A DNA stretch of 64,000 nucleotides. Origin: a bacterium (GTDB taxonomy: Bacteria > Patescibacteriota > Minisyncoccia > Phycocordibacterales > UBA9973). Location of the stretch: assembly GCA_037143195.1 (NCBI GenBank), contig JBAWZD010000002.1:3206-67205 (forward strand), read 5' to 3'. The notes under the pieces were generated by a model, which was not told where the DNA came from, searched no databases, and saw only the letters and a list, made by a program, of their open reading frames with translations. The translations under genes and the position numbers were made by a program. Of this stretch, positions 17,515 through 26,658 are shown in pieces. The number at the start of each line of letters is the position of its first letter. Position 1 is the stretch's first letter.

Positions 17515-18612
17515 TTATCGATTCATCGGCATAAGGAGGTAGGTAAACGAAGAATCAGATACACCCCGAATCACCAACGCCTTATTCCCTCCGTTTAACC
17601 CAATAGTAATACTATCTTGAGGGATCATAGATAAACACTCAATCAAATATCGTTGGTTGATTGAAATAGACACATCATCACCAGAAAGTGCTGCATTAAT
17701 CAGTCCTGAATACTCACCAACATCGCTATTTTTTGCAACACATTCAAACCTCTTTTTTGAAGGAGAAATCGAAAAAATAATTTGATTAAATTTATCGGAA
17801 AAAATATTCGCAGCTTTTAATGTATTAAGAAGATCTTGTTTTAACACAACAACTTCAGTTAAAAAATCTTTAGGGATAATCTGTTTGTAGTCAGGAAAAC
17901 TCCCTGAAACAATACGTGATGTTATATATACACCGGCGGTTGTTATCGCAACCTGATTCTCGTTAATAGTAAGTGTTATTTCGCTATCAAGTGGTTCAAG
18001 GATACGCGCCATCTCAATAATATTCTTGTAGGGGATTATGATTGCAGGAAATTCAACTTGTTTTTTGATTATTTCTTTTTTCTCCGCAAGTCGAAATGAA
18101 TCGGTCGCGACAAAGTAAAGAGTATTCTTATCAACAGTTAAGTACACACTCGCGATTTCGGGTTTAATATCAGAACTTGCTGCTGCAAAATATGTACTCT
18201 TGATACCTCGAATGAATTCATTTTTAGGAATCACAACTTCAACACCAGAAATAGTAGGGAGAGTTGGAAAATCTTCGTATGAGTGTGTTTTGATTGTTGT
18301 TTTATTGTTCCCCGCAACAACGTGGAGTGTTGTGTCGTTTTGTGAAAGGCGAACTTTTTCATTTTTGGGAAGTGTATTTAAGAAACTTGAAAGCGTTTTA
18401 CCATCGAGTGCTACGACTCCATCAGCCTCTGCTTTTACAGAGAGTTCAAATTCAACACCAAGACTTAAGTTGGTTGCTCGAATCTTTACTGTTTTGTTTG
18501 AAACAAGAATCAAGACTGTACTTAGTATTGGGAGTGATGCATTTCGTGCTGTCACACGATCCGCGTTCTCAATCGCGTTTACTAGTTTCTCAACAGTGGT
18601 TTCGAATATCAT
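17515..18612 (-). CDS. dnaN: DNA polymerase III beta sliding clamp
   Basis: The N-terminus is MIFETTVEKLVNAIENADRVTARNASLPILSTVLI, with three-domain length and organization. It lies immediately downstream of dnaA. Confidence 0.9.
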   Translation of the reverse strand: MIFETTVEKLVNAIENADRVTARNASLPILSTVLILVSNKTVKIRATNLSLGVEFELSVKAEADGVVALDGKTLSSFLNTLPKNEKVRLSQNDTTLHVVAGNNKTTIKTHSYEDFPTLPTISGVEVVIPKNEFIRGIKSTYFAAASSDIKPEIASVYLTVDKNTLYFVATDSFRLAEKKEIIKKQVEFPAIIIPYKNIIEMARILEPLDSEITLTINENQVAITTAGVYITSRIVSGSFPDYKQIIPKDFLTEVVVLKQDLLNTLKAANIFSDKFNQIIFSISPSKKRFECVAKNSDVGEYSGLINAALSGDDVSISINQRYLIECLSMIPQDSITIGLNGGNKALVIRGVSDSSFTYLLMPMNR

Positions 18613-18814
18613 ATATATAATAAATACTATTACTACTAACAGTGTGGATATGTGTATAAAGTATTTAAAACCTTATTCATCAATCCATAATCCCCTTCCC
18701 GACTGTGAATTTCTTCTGTGAATAAATCCACTTACCAACATCCCTTCTTTTTCCCCCTCTTTTTATTACCAGTTATTCAGTTTCTTTCCACACAATCCCA
18801 GTCGTTTTCCACAC
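18613..18814. promoter_or_regulatory. candidate oriC segment (dnaA-dnaN intergenic): AT-rich region with several DnaA-box-like 9-mers
   Basis: tgtggatat (rc ATATCCACA) lies at about 18643 and ctgtgaataa (rc TTATTCACAG) at about 18716. TTTCCACAC is at about 18785 and TTTTCCACA at about 18803. The AT-rich stretch atatatataataaatactattactac lies at the 5' end. Confidence 0.5.
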
Positions 18815-20176
18815 CTATTTAAACAATGCTCGTATCTGCTCCACTTCTTGAGCTACCAACATATCATTCTTCATATCGTTTTTAATCTTTAAACACGAGT
18901 GGATTACTGTTGTGTGGTCTTTTCCCCCAAGCTTTTGACCAATCAATGGGTACGACACATTGAAATCCTCTCGAAGAATATACATAACAATCTGACGAAC
19001 CTTCACAATCTCTTTTCGGCGGGTCTTTTCATAGATTGAACCCTCTTCAATACTATAGAAATCAGCGATTGTTTTGACAACCTCTTTTACTGAAGCAGTT
19101 TTCTTTTGTTTTATACTATTTTTAAGAAGATTTTTGGTTTCAAGGAGTGTTGGGAAGCGTCCTTTGAGTTGGGTTTGGAGCACGATAGCATTCAAACTAC
19201 CCTCAAGCTCTCGGACATTACCAACTATAACGCTCGCTATATACTCTACAAGCTCGTCAGGGAGGTTTATTCCTGAATCATGCATCTTTGCCTTAAGAAT
19301 AGCTAAACGCGACTCATATTCAGGCTCAGTGATATCCACAATCATTCCCTGTGCGAAGCGAGATCGCATACGATCTTCAAGTCCAGGGATGAAATTAGGG
19401 TGTTTATCGGACGAAAAGACGATTTGTTTCCCGTTTTCATAAAAACTATTAAACAAATGGAAGAGTTCCTCTTGGGTTTTCTCTGCTTTTCCAACTAATT
19501 GCACGTCGTCGATGATAATCGCATCGTATTTGCGATATTTTTCCTTAAAAAGGTTACCCGCTCCCCTATTTGCGGAGACAGAATTGATGTAATCAATCGT
19601 AAATTTCTCTTGCGTGATGTAATAAACCTTTTTGTCAGGGTGTTTTTCTTTGATTGCGTTTCCAACAGATTGAATCAGGTGGGTTTTTCCAAGACCCGAT
19701 GAACCATAGATAAACAAAGGGTTGTATTGTTTTCCAGGGCGAGCTACAGCTGCTTGAGTAGCTGCATATGCGAGTTCATTGAATGGTCCAACAATAAATG
19801 AATCGAATGTATAGCGAGGATTTAGGTTGTCGTCTTTATTTATGTAGAGATCTTTGAGTGGAAGCTCTGGATTCATTGCGAAATCAGGCTTTAGGTGGGT
19901 CATCACTTCTACCTTTTGGTTCTTCGCATCAGTCTTTATCACCATGTATTCCACACTGCGAGTATGTTCCCATGCGTTTCGAAGTACACGCATAATGAGT
20001 TTATGGAATTTGTTCGAAAGCCAATCCTTTACGAATTCATTTGGGACTCCAACGAATACAGTACCTGAATCCTCTTTAACGATTGAGGTGTTTTTAAACC
20101 AAGTACTAAAGTTTGCCTTCGATACTTCTACTTCGATCTCGACGAGGCAGTGATTCCATAACTCTTTTGTATCCAT
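18815..20176 (-). CDS. dnaA: chromosomal replication initiator DnaA
   Basis: AAA+ Walker A is GSSGLGKTHLIQSVGNAIKE. The C-terminal DNA-binding domain contains VKEVVKTIADFYSIEEGSIYEKTRRKEIVKVRQIVMYILRE. Confidence 0.95.
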   Translation of the reverse strand: MDTKELWNHCLVEIEVEVSKANFSTWFKNTSIVKEDSGTVFVGVPNEFVKDWLSNKFHKLIMRVLRNAWEHTRSVEYMVIKTDAKNQKVEVMTHLKPDFAMNPELPLKDLYINKDDNLNPRYTFDSFIVGPFNELAYAATQAAVARPGKQYNPLFIYGSSGLGKTHLIQSVGNAIKEKHPDKKVYYITQEKFTIDYINSVSANRGAGNLFKEKYRKYDAIIIDDVQLVGKAEKTQEELFHLFNSFYENGKQIVFSSDKHPNFIPGLEDRMRSRFAQGMIVDITEPEYESRLAILKAKMHDSGINLPDELVEYIASVIVGNVRELEGSLNAIVLQTQLKGRFPTLLETKNLLKNSIKQKKTASVKEVVKTIADFYSIEEGSIYEKTRRKEIVKVRQIVMYILREDFNVSYPLIGQKLGGKDHTTVIHSCLKIKNDMKNDMLVAQEVEQIRALFK

Positions 20177-20203
20177 AATTCAGATTATATATGTACTCGC
20201 GTG

Positions 20204-20212
20204 TGTGGATAA
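20204..20212. promoter_or_regulatory. perfect DnaA box (TTATCCACA, reverse orientation) upstream of dnaA / rpmH promoter region
   Basis: tgtggataa = rc TTATCCACA lies in the 163-bp dnaA-rpmH divergent intergenic region. Confidence 0.5.
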
Positions 20213-20339
20213 TAAATAAAACTGCATATCTCTGTTGAAAACCTGTGGAGAACCATCATACCATGAATCAACCCCGCCCCGCGCACAGATTTCGAAATTG
20301 TTGTTGCAAAATCAATCTTTTATGTTATATTGGCTCAGT

Positions 20340-20474
20340 ATGTCATTCACCTACCAGCCAAAGAAGCGCAAGCGCGCAAAGACCCACGGTTTCCTCGTCC
20401 GCTCAAAGAGCACATCTGGACGTAAGATTCTCGCCAAGAGACGTCAAAAAGGTCGCGCTAAGCTCGCTGTCTAA
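20340..20474 (+). CDS. rpmH: 50S ribosomal protein L34
   Basis: [44 protein letters not shown] matches the L34 consensus. It is embedded in the longer listed ORF 20235..20474. Confidence 0.9.
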   Translation: MSFTYQPKKRKRAKTHGFLVRSKSTSGRKILAKRRQKGRAKLAV

Positions 20475-20483
20475 ATTAAACCT

Positions 20484-20825
20484 ATGCTTCCGAAGCGTTC
20501 TCGCCTATCGAAGCAAACTATAGAAAAGCAGTTGATAAGAGCCCGAAGGATAAAAACTTCGCGGTTTCTTGTTATGTATGACAAAAAGGTTGGAGTAAAC
20601 GCCCCACAGGTATCATTTTCGGTCTCAAAAAAGGTTGCAAACACTGCGGTTTTACGGAACCGCCTACGTCGACGAGGATATTCGGCCGTAGAGGCACTTA
20701 TCCCCGACTTATCCCCAAGTTCCCTTATTTTGGTGTCATATCTCACCCCCGATACACAGACGCCAATCAAGGATTTAACTTTGGAAATTAAGGGTATTTT
20801 TGAAAAAGCCGGTCTTTTACGGTAA
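20484..20825 (+). CDS. rnpA: ribonuclease P protein component
   Basis: Position right after rpmH, a basic 113-aa protein, and the RNR-like motif (RNRLRRRG) support rnpA. Confidence 0.85.
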   Translation: MLPKRSRLSKQTIEKQLIRARRIKTSRFLVMYDKKVGVNAPQVSFSVSKKVANTAVLRNRLRRRGYSAVEALIPDLSPSSLILVSYLTPDTQTPIKDLTLEIKGIFEKAGLLR

Positions 20826-20828
20826 GCA

Positions 20829-21077
20829 ATGAAAAAAATCCTTATTTTTCTTATATTGGGGTATCAAAAGGTACTTTCACCTGATACTGGCTTCATCCCT
20901 ACCCTGTTTGGACGCAATAAACCAACCTGTATTTACTATCCGACCTGTTCCGAGTATGCCAAGGAGGCAATTATGGAGTATGGGGCCTTCAAAGGCGGCC
21001 GGATGGCGCTCGCTCGTATCGGAAGATGTACCCCATTTCATTCCCCAGGGGTTGATCCTGTACCCAAAAAGTCGTAA
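20829..21077 (+). CDS. yidD: membrane protein insertion efficiency factor YidD
   Basis: YYPTCSEYAKEAIMEYGAFKGGRMALARIGRCTPFHSPGVDP is the family signature. Confidence 0.85.
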   Translation: MKKILIFLILGYQKVLSPDTGFIPTLFGRNKPTCIYYPTCSEYAKEAIMEYGAFKGGRMALARIGRCTPFHSPGVDPVPKKS

Positions 21078-21115
21078 CGCTTTCATTTCAGGTGTGGCTA
21101 GGATAGAATAGCACC

Positions 21116-21835
21116 ATGCATACACTTTGGACTGCGATCTTCTATCGCCCTCTCTATAACGTTCTCTTGTTCTTTATTTCGGTTATCCCCCATGGCGATG
21201 TTGGTGTCGCTGTTATTGTGCTGACATTGCTCGTAAAGTTTATTCTCTTCCCGCTGACACAGAAATCAATCTACTCACAGCTTGAAATGAAGGCGCTTGA
21301 GCCTGAGATTGCGAAGATCAAGGAGACTGTTACCGACAAAGCAGAACAAAGTAAGCGAACCTATGCGCTCTACAAGGAAAAGAAGGTAAACCCATTCTCG
21401 AGTTGCCTTCTTGTGCTTATTCAGCTCCCTGTTATCATCGCGCTCTACTGGGTGTTTTTGAAGGGGCTTGGTACGGGAACAGTTCCTGCCTACTCATTCC
21501 TCCATGCTCCGGACGTGTTTAATATGAAGTTCCTTGGATTCTTTGATATCGCAAAGAGTAGTATCGTGCTCGCCGTTGTTGCTGGTATTACTCAGTATAT
21601 TCAAGGATATTTGGCCAAAGGCCGACAGGGTAAGCCCTCAGGAAGTGGTATGAGCAATCAGTTTGCCGAGACAATGCAGACCCAAATGTTGTATGTCCTT
21701 CCCGTGATGATTGTAATCATCGCATATCGCGTATCTGCTGCTGTTGCGCTTTATTGGATTACGAGTAATATCTTTACTATAGGTCAGGAGCTTTATACGA
21801 GAAACAAGATGAAAAAGGCAGGATTAATTGCCTAA
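21116..21835 (+). CDS. yidC: membrane protein insertase YidC/Oxa1 (short, monoderm-type)
   Basis: A TM core carries the conserved FPLTQKSIYSQLEMKALEPEIAKIKE... region. It is 239 aa and sits in the rnpA-yidD-yidC-jag context. Confidence 0.85.
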   Translation: MHTLWTAIFYRPLYNVLLFFISVIPHGDVGVAVIVLTLLVKFILFPLTQKSIYSQLEMKALEPEIAKIKETVTDKAEQSKRTYALYKEKKVNPFSSCLLVLIQLPVIIALYWVFLKGLGTGTVPAYSFLHAPDVFNMKFLGFFDIAKSSIVLAVVAGITQYIQGYLAKGRQGKPSGSGMSNQFAETMQTQMLYVLPVMIVIIAYRVSAAVALYWITSNIFTIGQELYTRNKMKKAGLIA

Positions 21836-21844
21836 TCTTCTCGG

Positions 21845-21875
21845 AAAAGCCCGCTATCGCGGGCTTTTCTTTTCT
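21845..21875 (+). terminator. rho-independent terminator after yidC
   Basis: The hairpin is aaaagcccgc-tatc-gcgggctttt, followed by cttttctc. Confidence 0.6.
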
Positions 21876-21885
21876 CAAAAATCAT

Positions 21886-22356
21886 ATGAACAACGAAAAG
21901 ATACATACACACATTAAAGGACTGCTCGAGAAAATCGGCTATGTCGAGAAGGATGTTGAGGTTTCGTATGATGAGAAGACGAATACCTATTGGTTTGCAA
22001 TCACCTCCCCGCACACACGTCTCCTTTTCAACCGCGATGGAGAGGCGCTGCAAGCCCTCAATCACGTTGCGACGAAGCTTGTGGAGCAACTGTTCCGTGA
22101 AGAGCAAACTCGCCCCCGAGTCGTTGTCGACGCAAACGGCCATGAGAAGAAAAAGATCGACAATCTCCGAGCTGTCGCGCACATGATGGCTGAGCGTGCG
22201 CGATATTTTAAATCGAGCATTGAGGTCGAGCCGATGGCTCCCCACGAACGTCGCATTGTGCACGAGTTCTTGTCTGAGATGTCCGATATTACGACGGAAT
22301 CGAAAGGAGAAGGCAAGAATCGTCACGTGGTCATCAAATATACAGGTGGAATGTAA
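21886..22356 (+). CDS. jag: Jag/KhpB RNA-binding protein (KH + R3H domains)
   Basis: The R3H motif region is EVEPMAPHERRIVHEFLSEMSDITTESKGEGKNRHVVI. Its position after yidC also fits. Confidence 0.8.
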   Translation: MNNEKIHTHIKGLLEKIGYVEKDVEVSYDEKTNTYWFAITSPHTRLLFNRDGEALQALNHVATKLVEQLFREEQTRPRVVVDANGHEKKKIDNLRAVAHMMAERARYFKSSIEVEPMAPHERRIVHEFLSEMSDITTESKGEGKNRHVVIKYTGGM

Positions 22357-22358
22357 AC

Positions 22359-22393
22359 AAAAAACCTCTTGGAATTCCAAGAGGTTTTTTGTT
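22359..22393. terminator. bidirectional intrinsic terminator
   Basis: aaaaaacctcttgg-aatt-ccaagaggtttttt is flanked by an A-run and a T-run. It lies between convergent jag (+) and the 22396 gene (-). Confidence 0.6.
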
Positions 22394-22395
22394 TG

Positions 22396-23733
22396 CTAAT
22401 TTATTGTAGGAGAAGGTGACGCTTGCCTCGAAGTGTCGTTCGGTGGTGTGAGGTTGAACGACCAGAGTGAGTCGTCGTTCTTGTTTGTGAAGAAAAGATA
22501 CCCCTCTTTCTGGTCAATTGCGAGGTTTGTAACATCGAGATTGTTTCCTTCCCCGTCGTCGAGAAGAGTCGTTCGGCCACTTTGCGGATTTATTTTCCAA
22601 AGAGAATCATTGAAGTGCGCAAGACCCTGATACCAATCATCCGGATATGTACCCGACGGTACGTCGGTGCTTGAGCCGCAGTAGATGGCAGTGCTTGTGC
22701 TATTCCAAACGCATTTTTCAGGAAGAGTAGAAAGCCCGGTATTAAATTCGAGTCCGTCCGATAGATGTTTTACGTAAAGGACAAGCGAATTGTTTTTTGA
22801 AACACTGTAAAGGACATTCTTTCCGTCGGGACTAATCTTTGTGGTGAGCCCATTAACGTCGCCAACAATTTTGCTAAATACTCCGTTTTTTAAGACAAAG
22901 TAAGCATTTCCCGCGACGTTTGCAGATGCCTTTGTTGTTACAATCGGATTTGTTGATGACCAATCAAGAAGCCATTCTGAGAACGGGCTTGAGAATAGTT
23001 GCGCCTTGGATGATCCGTCGGCTTTCATTGTCATTCCTGCCACGCCGGAGGTTGTCGGAAGGAGGAAGAAGAAGTTTTTTGAATCAAACGAGGGTACGAT
23101 TTCAGAAATATTGTCGGGAAGAAAATCTCCTCGGGTCGTACCGCTCGTCGTTGCATCAATTGCTGGGGTTATTTGGCCAAGGAACGAAGAGATTGTTTGA
23201 TTGTCGCTTCCAGCATATCGAAGAACGACCGCTGCGCCATTGTTCCCAAATACCGCCTCGACAGTATGGGCAATGATTGTCCCCGACTGCTTGATGAGCC
23301 CTTCTTTGTTTGCATTGATATCATAAATATATCCTGTTCCCTTTTCTGCGAACCGAATGACAGGGAGAGGCGCTGGCGCAAATTTTTGAGCTCCTGTGGG
23401 GTCGTTGATGTCAACAGTAGCAACAGGTTTTGTTACTACGGGCGGAAGAACGATGAGTCCCGCAGTGAGCTTTGTTGAAAGTTGAATAAGACGAGGGGCC
23501 GGTTTTGCTTGGTCTGTGTTTGAGGGTTCAGTATTTGTGTTTCCTGTTCCTACATTTGTGCTTCCTGTAGAGGCTGGCGTTGTCGTTTTGCTTGGTCCAA
23601 ACGGAAACAACGATCCGATGGATGTTGTCGGTGACCCAGGAGTAGACGATTTACTTTGAAGCGAAAAATAGAACCAAACTCCGAGAAGGAGTAAGAGTAA
23701 TGCGATGATAACAAGAAGTGTTCGTCGAGACAT
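22396..23733 (-). CDS. membrane-anchored protein with S/T/P-rich linker and PD40/TolB-like beta-propeller region (last gene of T4SS-like cluster)
   Basis: The N-terminal TM is MSRRTLLVIIALLLLLLGVWFYFSL. A low-complexity TTPASTGSTNVGTGNTNTEPS linker follows. Beta-rich repeats include ISPDGKNVLYSVSKNNSLVLYVK. Confidence 0.5.
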   Translation of the reverse strand: MSRRTLLVIIALLLLLLGVWFYFSLQSKSSTPGSPTTSIGSLFPFGPSKTTTPASTGSTNVGTGNTNTEPSNTDQAKPAPRLIQLSTKLTAGLIVLPPVVTKPVATVDINDPTGAQKFAPAPLPVIRFAEKGTGYIYDINANKEGLIKQSGTIIAHTVEAVFGNNGAAVVLRYAGSDNQTISSFLGQITPAIDATTSGTTRGDFLPDNISEIVPSFDSKNFFFLLPTTSGVAGMTMKADGSSKAQLFSSPFSEWLLDWSSTNPIVTTKASANVAGNAYFVLKNGVFSKIVGDVNGLTTKISPDGKNVLYSVSKNNSLVLYVKHLSDGLEFNTGLSTLPEKCVWNSTSTAIYCGSSTDVPSGTYPDDWYQGLAHFNDSLWKINPQSGRTTLLDDGEGNNLDVTNLAIDQKEGYLFFTNKNDDSLWSFNLTPPNDTSRQASPSPTIN

Positions 23734-23766
23734 TCGTATCTTTATTGTACCACGGAGGAATGAGCC

Positions 23767-25611
23767 CTACCACCCGCAGTGTACGTGGTTTTCGTGTTGG
23801 CTGTTTGTTCGGTACCCCGTTACTGGACAAGCGATAAAACTATTTTGTCCTTTTCCAAGCCCATTGCAGGGACCAAATATTTGTCGAGGATTTGCTCCGG
23901 CCGCTCTGCAGATGTCCATAATTTTTTTGGCTGTTGTTGTGCTATATGAAAACGAAGCTCCTCCGATATCAAACGCGAGACCTCGGTAGTGAGCTGATCC
24001 CTTTGTGTGTTGTCCGCCTAACAGTTCTGTGACATTAACTGAGCCAACATTATTTGCAACAACAAGGAGTCCTGCGAGCATTCTTGAATCAAGACTCGCC
24101 TGTATTTGCCCGCCTTGTCTGGAGGGGCTTGTCCACGCGGCGACTCCATTCGCTGTGTCGGTTATGTTTTGGATAACACTCGATTTCGCGTCTTGTGATC
24201 CCCATGCGGGACTCAAGGTGATATTTCGATTTTGAAGAATTTGTTTTGCAAGATCTTGGGCTGACCCCGTAGGCAAGGTTACTGTCATGTTAGATGGGCT
24301 ATCACCGGGGACACTAAGGCCTGAGTCGTCGCTCTCGAGTCCTTCTTCTCCTAAATCTATTTCTGCCTGCGGAGCCGAAACAGTAATATTCACCAAGTTA
24401 GGGTTAATGGTATTGAGTATGAGATATGAAGAGAGTGCAAGCACTACTCCCCCAAGAGCACCAATGATACGAGTCTTTGCCCCCTCCTTCTCTCCAACTT
24501 GTACACTCGACATATATTCAATACCACCAACGACAACCATGAAGACAGCAAATACCATGATGAGACCCATGATGAGCTTAATCATTCCTTTGAGGTAATC
24601 ACCAACACCAGTAGAGACATTTAGCTTCCCTGTTGGATCAATCTTACCCTGAGCATCCACAATGGGAAGTGGTGCAAGCATACAGTAGGTGTTGTTCTGT
24701 CCGTCTGTGGAACAACCGTAGGCGTTTGGGCCGAAGCCGGCGGTCGTACTTGTTCCACTTGTTGAGACGCTTGGGACGGTGAAGTCTTTGAAGGAGGTAA
24801 AAAACAAATCATTAAATTTGAGAGCAAAAACATACTGTCCTCCAGGGAGGAGTCCTGTAAGTGTTATTTTAAACGAGTGGGGATTGTTTGACGCGTCGAG
24901 TGCTGCTTGGTCAGGAATCTTTGTCTGCCATGAAATCGCTTGAGCATACGTGCCAGCCGATGAAGTCTGTGACTTTACGCCACTGTACCAAACTTTCACA
25001 TCGTTCCACTGACCGTTGTTTTTTATTTGATCAAGCGCTTCTTGGTTGAGGTCCCCCGTGATTGTTACTCCGTCAGCTGTCGGTGTTGTTACAAGATTTG
25101 TGACATCGGGGCCAGATTTTCCGAGCGGAACATCCATGATGTTAAAATACTCAATGTTCGTGAGGGGCCAGCTGTCACGTGTAAGCGCGCTCTGCAAGAA
25201 AATCTCATCTCCAAAAGTGCCGTAATCGGTGAATTGGGGAATCGTACACGTAAAGTTTGGGTCTGTGTCAGAGGAACTATCTTTGACACACTTTTTTCGA
25301 TACAAGAAAACTCCGTTGATGACGCCTGTTGCATGGGTTTCAAGATATGCTTGGTTGATACTTGGGTCTGTTATGAGAACATAGGCAAGTTCGACTTGGC
25401 GTGAAAGAGGAGCAAGGGAATAATAGTCAATGAGTGCCGGACCATCCAGCTTGACGTGCATTGTTCTTGAAAGCACTCCGTCTGTGCGCGCGGTTTCAGT
25501 CTGTCCAATGAAAGCTCTTCCTCCCCCGACGGTGTCTGCTCTAGTCGTTGGTGTGTTAAATAAAAAGGCAGACAAGAAAAGTGCACTAACAATGAGAATT
25601 TTTTTGTACAT
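23767..25611 (-). CDS. secreted multidomain protein: conserved N-domain + pilin-like TM hairpin + C-terminal peptidase M15-like (D-Ala-D-Ala carboxypeptidase/LAS) domain
   Basis: The signal peptide is MYKKILIVSALFLSAFLFNTPTTRA. The TM hairpin is GMIKLIMGLIMVFAVFMVVVGGIEYMSSVQVGEKEGAKTRIIGALGGVVLALSSYLIL. The C-terminus has the M15-type zinc motifs GSAHYRGLAFDI (SxHxxGxAxD) and ENHVHCGW. It is paralogous to 26659..28539 over the N-domain and TM segment. Confidence 0.65.
   Translation of the reverse strand: MYKKILIVSALFLSAFLFNTPTTRADTVGGGRAFIGQTETARTDGVLSRTMHVKLDGPALIDYYSLAPLSRQVELAYVLITDPSINQAYLETHATGVINGVFLYRKKCVKDSSSDTDPNFTCTIPQFTDYGTFGDEIFLQSALTRDSWPLTNIEYFNIMDVPLGKSGPDVTNLVTTPTADGVTITGDLNQEALDQIKNNGQWNDVKVWYSGVKSQTSSAGTYAQAISWQTKIPDQAALDASNNPHSFKITLTGLLPGGQYVFALKFNDLFFTSFKDFTVPSVSTSGTSTTAGFGPNAYGCSTDGQNNTYCMLAPLPIVDAQGKIDPTGKLNVSTGVGDYLKGMIKLIMGLIMVFAVFMVVVGGIEYMSSVQVGEKEGAKTRIIGALGGVVLALSSYLILNTINPNLVNITVSAPQAEIDLGEEGLESDDSGLSVPGDSPSNMTVTLPTGSAQDLAKQILQNRNITLSPAWGSQDAKSSVIQNITDTANGVAAWTSPSRQGGQIQASLDSRMLAGLLVVANNVGSVNVTELLGGQHTKGSAHYRGLAFDIGGASFSYSTTTAKKIMDICRAAGANPRQIFGPCNGLGKGQNSFIACPVTGYRTNSQHENHVHCGW
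24365..24743. repeat. 379-bp direct repeat copy 1 (identical to 27266..27644)
   Basis: By eye the nucleotide sequence is identical to copy 2 at offset +2901. It encodes the 126-aa segment AGFGPNAYGCSTDGQNNTYC...NITVSAPQA shared by the two hydrolase paralogs. The shadow ORFs 24287..24598 and 27308..27499 are identical. Confidence 0.8.
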
Positions 25612-25612
25612 A

Positions 25613-26608
25613 TTACTGCAAGTGAAGCGTTAGACTCGACTGGAGTTCTTGAAAAAGTTTTGTCGTGTTCAACATTGAAACATTCACGAGGGCGTCTCCT
25701 TTGTCGGAGTTACTTCTGTGGAGAAAGAGAGTGTTTGGGTTCGCTGGTGAGTTGAGTGTGTTCCCATTCAGCGACCACGTGTATGAAATCTGGCTTGAGG
25801 TTGGGTTGCCTGGGGAAAAAAAGTATGGAAACACGACGAGCGAGACATCACTATCCTTTACGGTGTAATCATCGGTAAGAGCATGATTGTAAAGCGTTCC
25901 GTAGAGAGGGCTCCCTGCGTACCACACAAGTTTTGGGTCAGACGGATCAAGCGCAATATCATTTGAAGCAGCGACTGTCCCGTCTCGTCCTGAGATATCT
26001 AATCCGATATGTCTGGTTGGATTTACATAGTCCATCGCAGTAGAAAATACATTTTTACCAAAACCAGAGTGTGCATCGTCCGGATTGTATTCGTCGCGCC
26101 ATTCATACAAGAAACCGCTCGTCGGAATGAGCGATCCTGCACCATCAAGCACTTGTGGAATTGCAACGAACTTCACTTTTGATTCAGAGGTGACCAGTGC
26201 TTTACCTCGATAAAATGGGGGCACGACTGAATCAGTTGCTTGCCAAAGGATGTCTACAGAGGAAGGAACGACGGTAATTGTTTGAACGATAGGAAGACTG
26301 CCAACGGGCGTGATTGTTACGGTTACAACTGTTGGGCTCCCAAGTTTTTTTGTTGTGATTGTGTATTTGTTGTATCCAATCCCGCCAACAGTTTTGCCTC
26401 CATCGACAGTCCAATCAATCTCGGCTGTTTGAAGTGAGAATGAATACGTGTTTACTGTCAGTGTTACTTGTTGATTTGGCCCAGGGCTTGTTGGGAAAAG
26501 GCTGACCGAGACACTCGCGCCCCCAAGTGCCTGAGCGTTCGTGATGTTTGCAAAAGAAACGACACATAGAACGATGAGAACAAAGATGGTGCATGCTCGA
26601 CGAATCAT
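25613..26608 (-). CDS. secreted beta-rich (Ig-like) hypothetical protein
   Basis: The signal peptide is MIRRACTIFVLIVLCVVSFANITNAQA, and the composition is T/S/V-rich beta-sandwich-like. It lies between the two hydrolase paralogs. Confidence 0.5.
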   Translation of the reverse strand: MIRRACTIFVLIVLCVVSFANITNAQALGGASVSVSLFPTSPGPNQQVTLTVNTYSFSLQTAEIDWTVDGGKTVGGIGYNKYTITTKKLGSPTVVTVTITPVGSLPIVQTITVVPSSVDILWQATDSVVPPFYRGKALVTSESKVKFVAIPQVLDGAGSLIPTSGFLYEWRDEYNPDDAHSGFGKNVFSTAMDYVNPTRHIGLDISGRDGTVAASNDIALDPSDPKLVWYAGSPLYGTLYNHALTDDYTVKDSDVSLVVFPYFFSPGNPTSSQISYTWSLNGNTLNSPANPNTLFLHRSNSDKGDALVNVSMLNTTKLFQELQSSLTLHLQ

Positions 26609-26658
26609 CTTTCAATTATACGACAGGAGCGCCGAGAACAAAAGGAATTATGTACGAT

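Noticed and set aside
24287-24598. Plus-strand ORFs 24287..24598 and 27308..27499 with identical translations
   Set aside because: They are antisense shadows of the identical 379-bp repeat inside the two hydrolase paralogs and are not genes.
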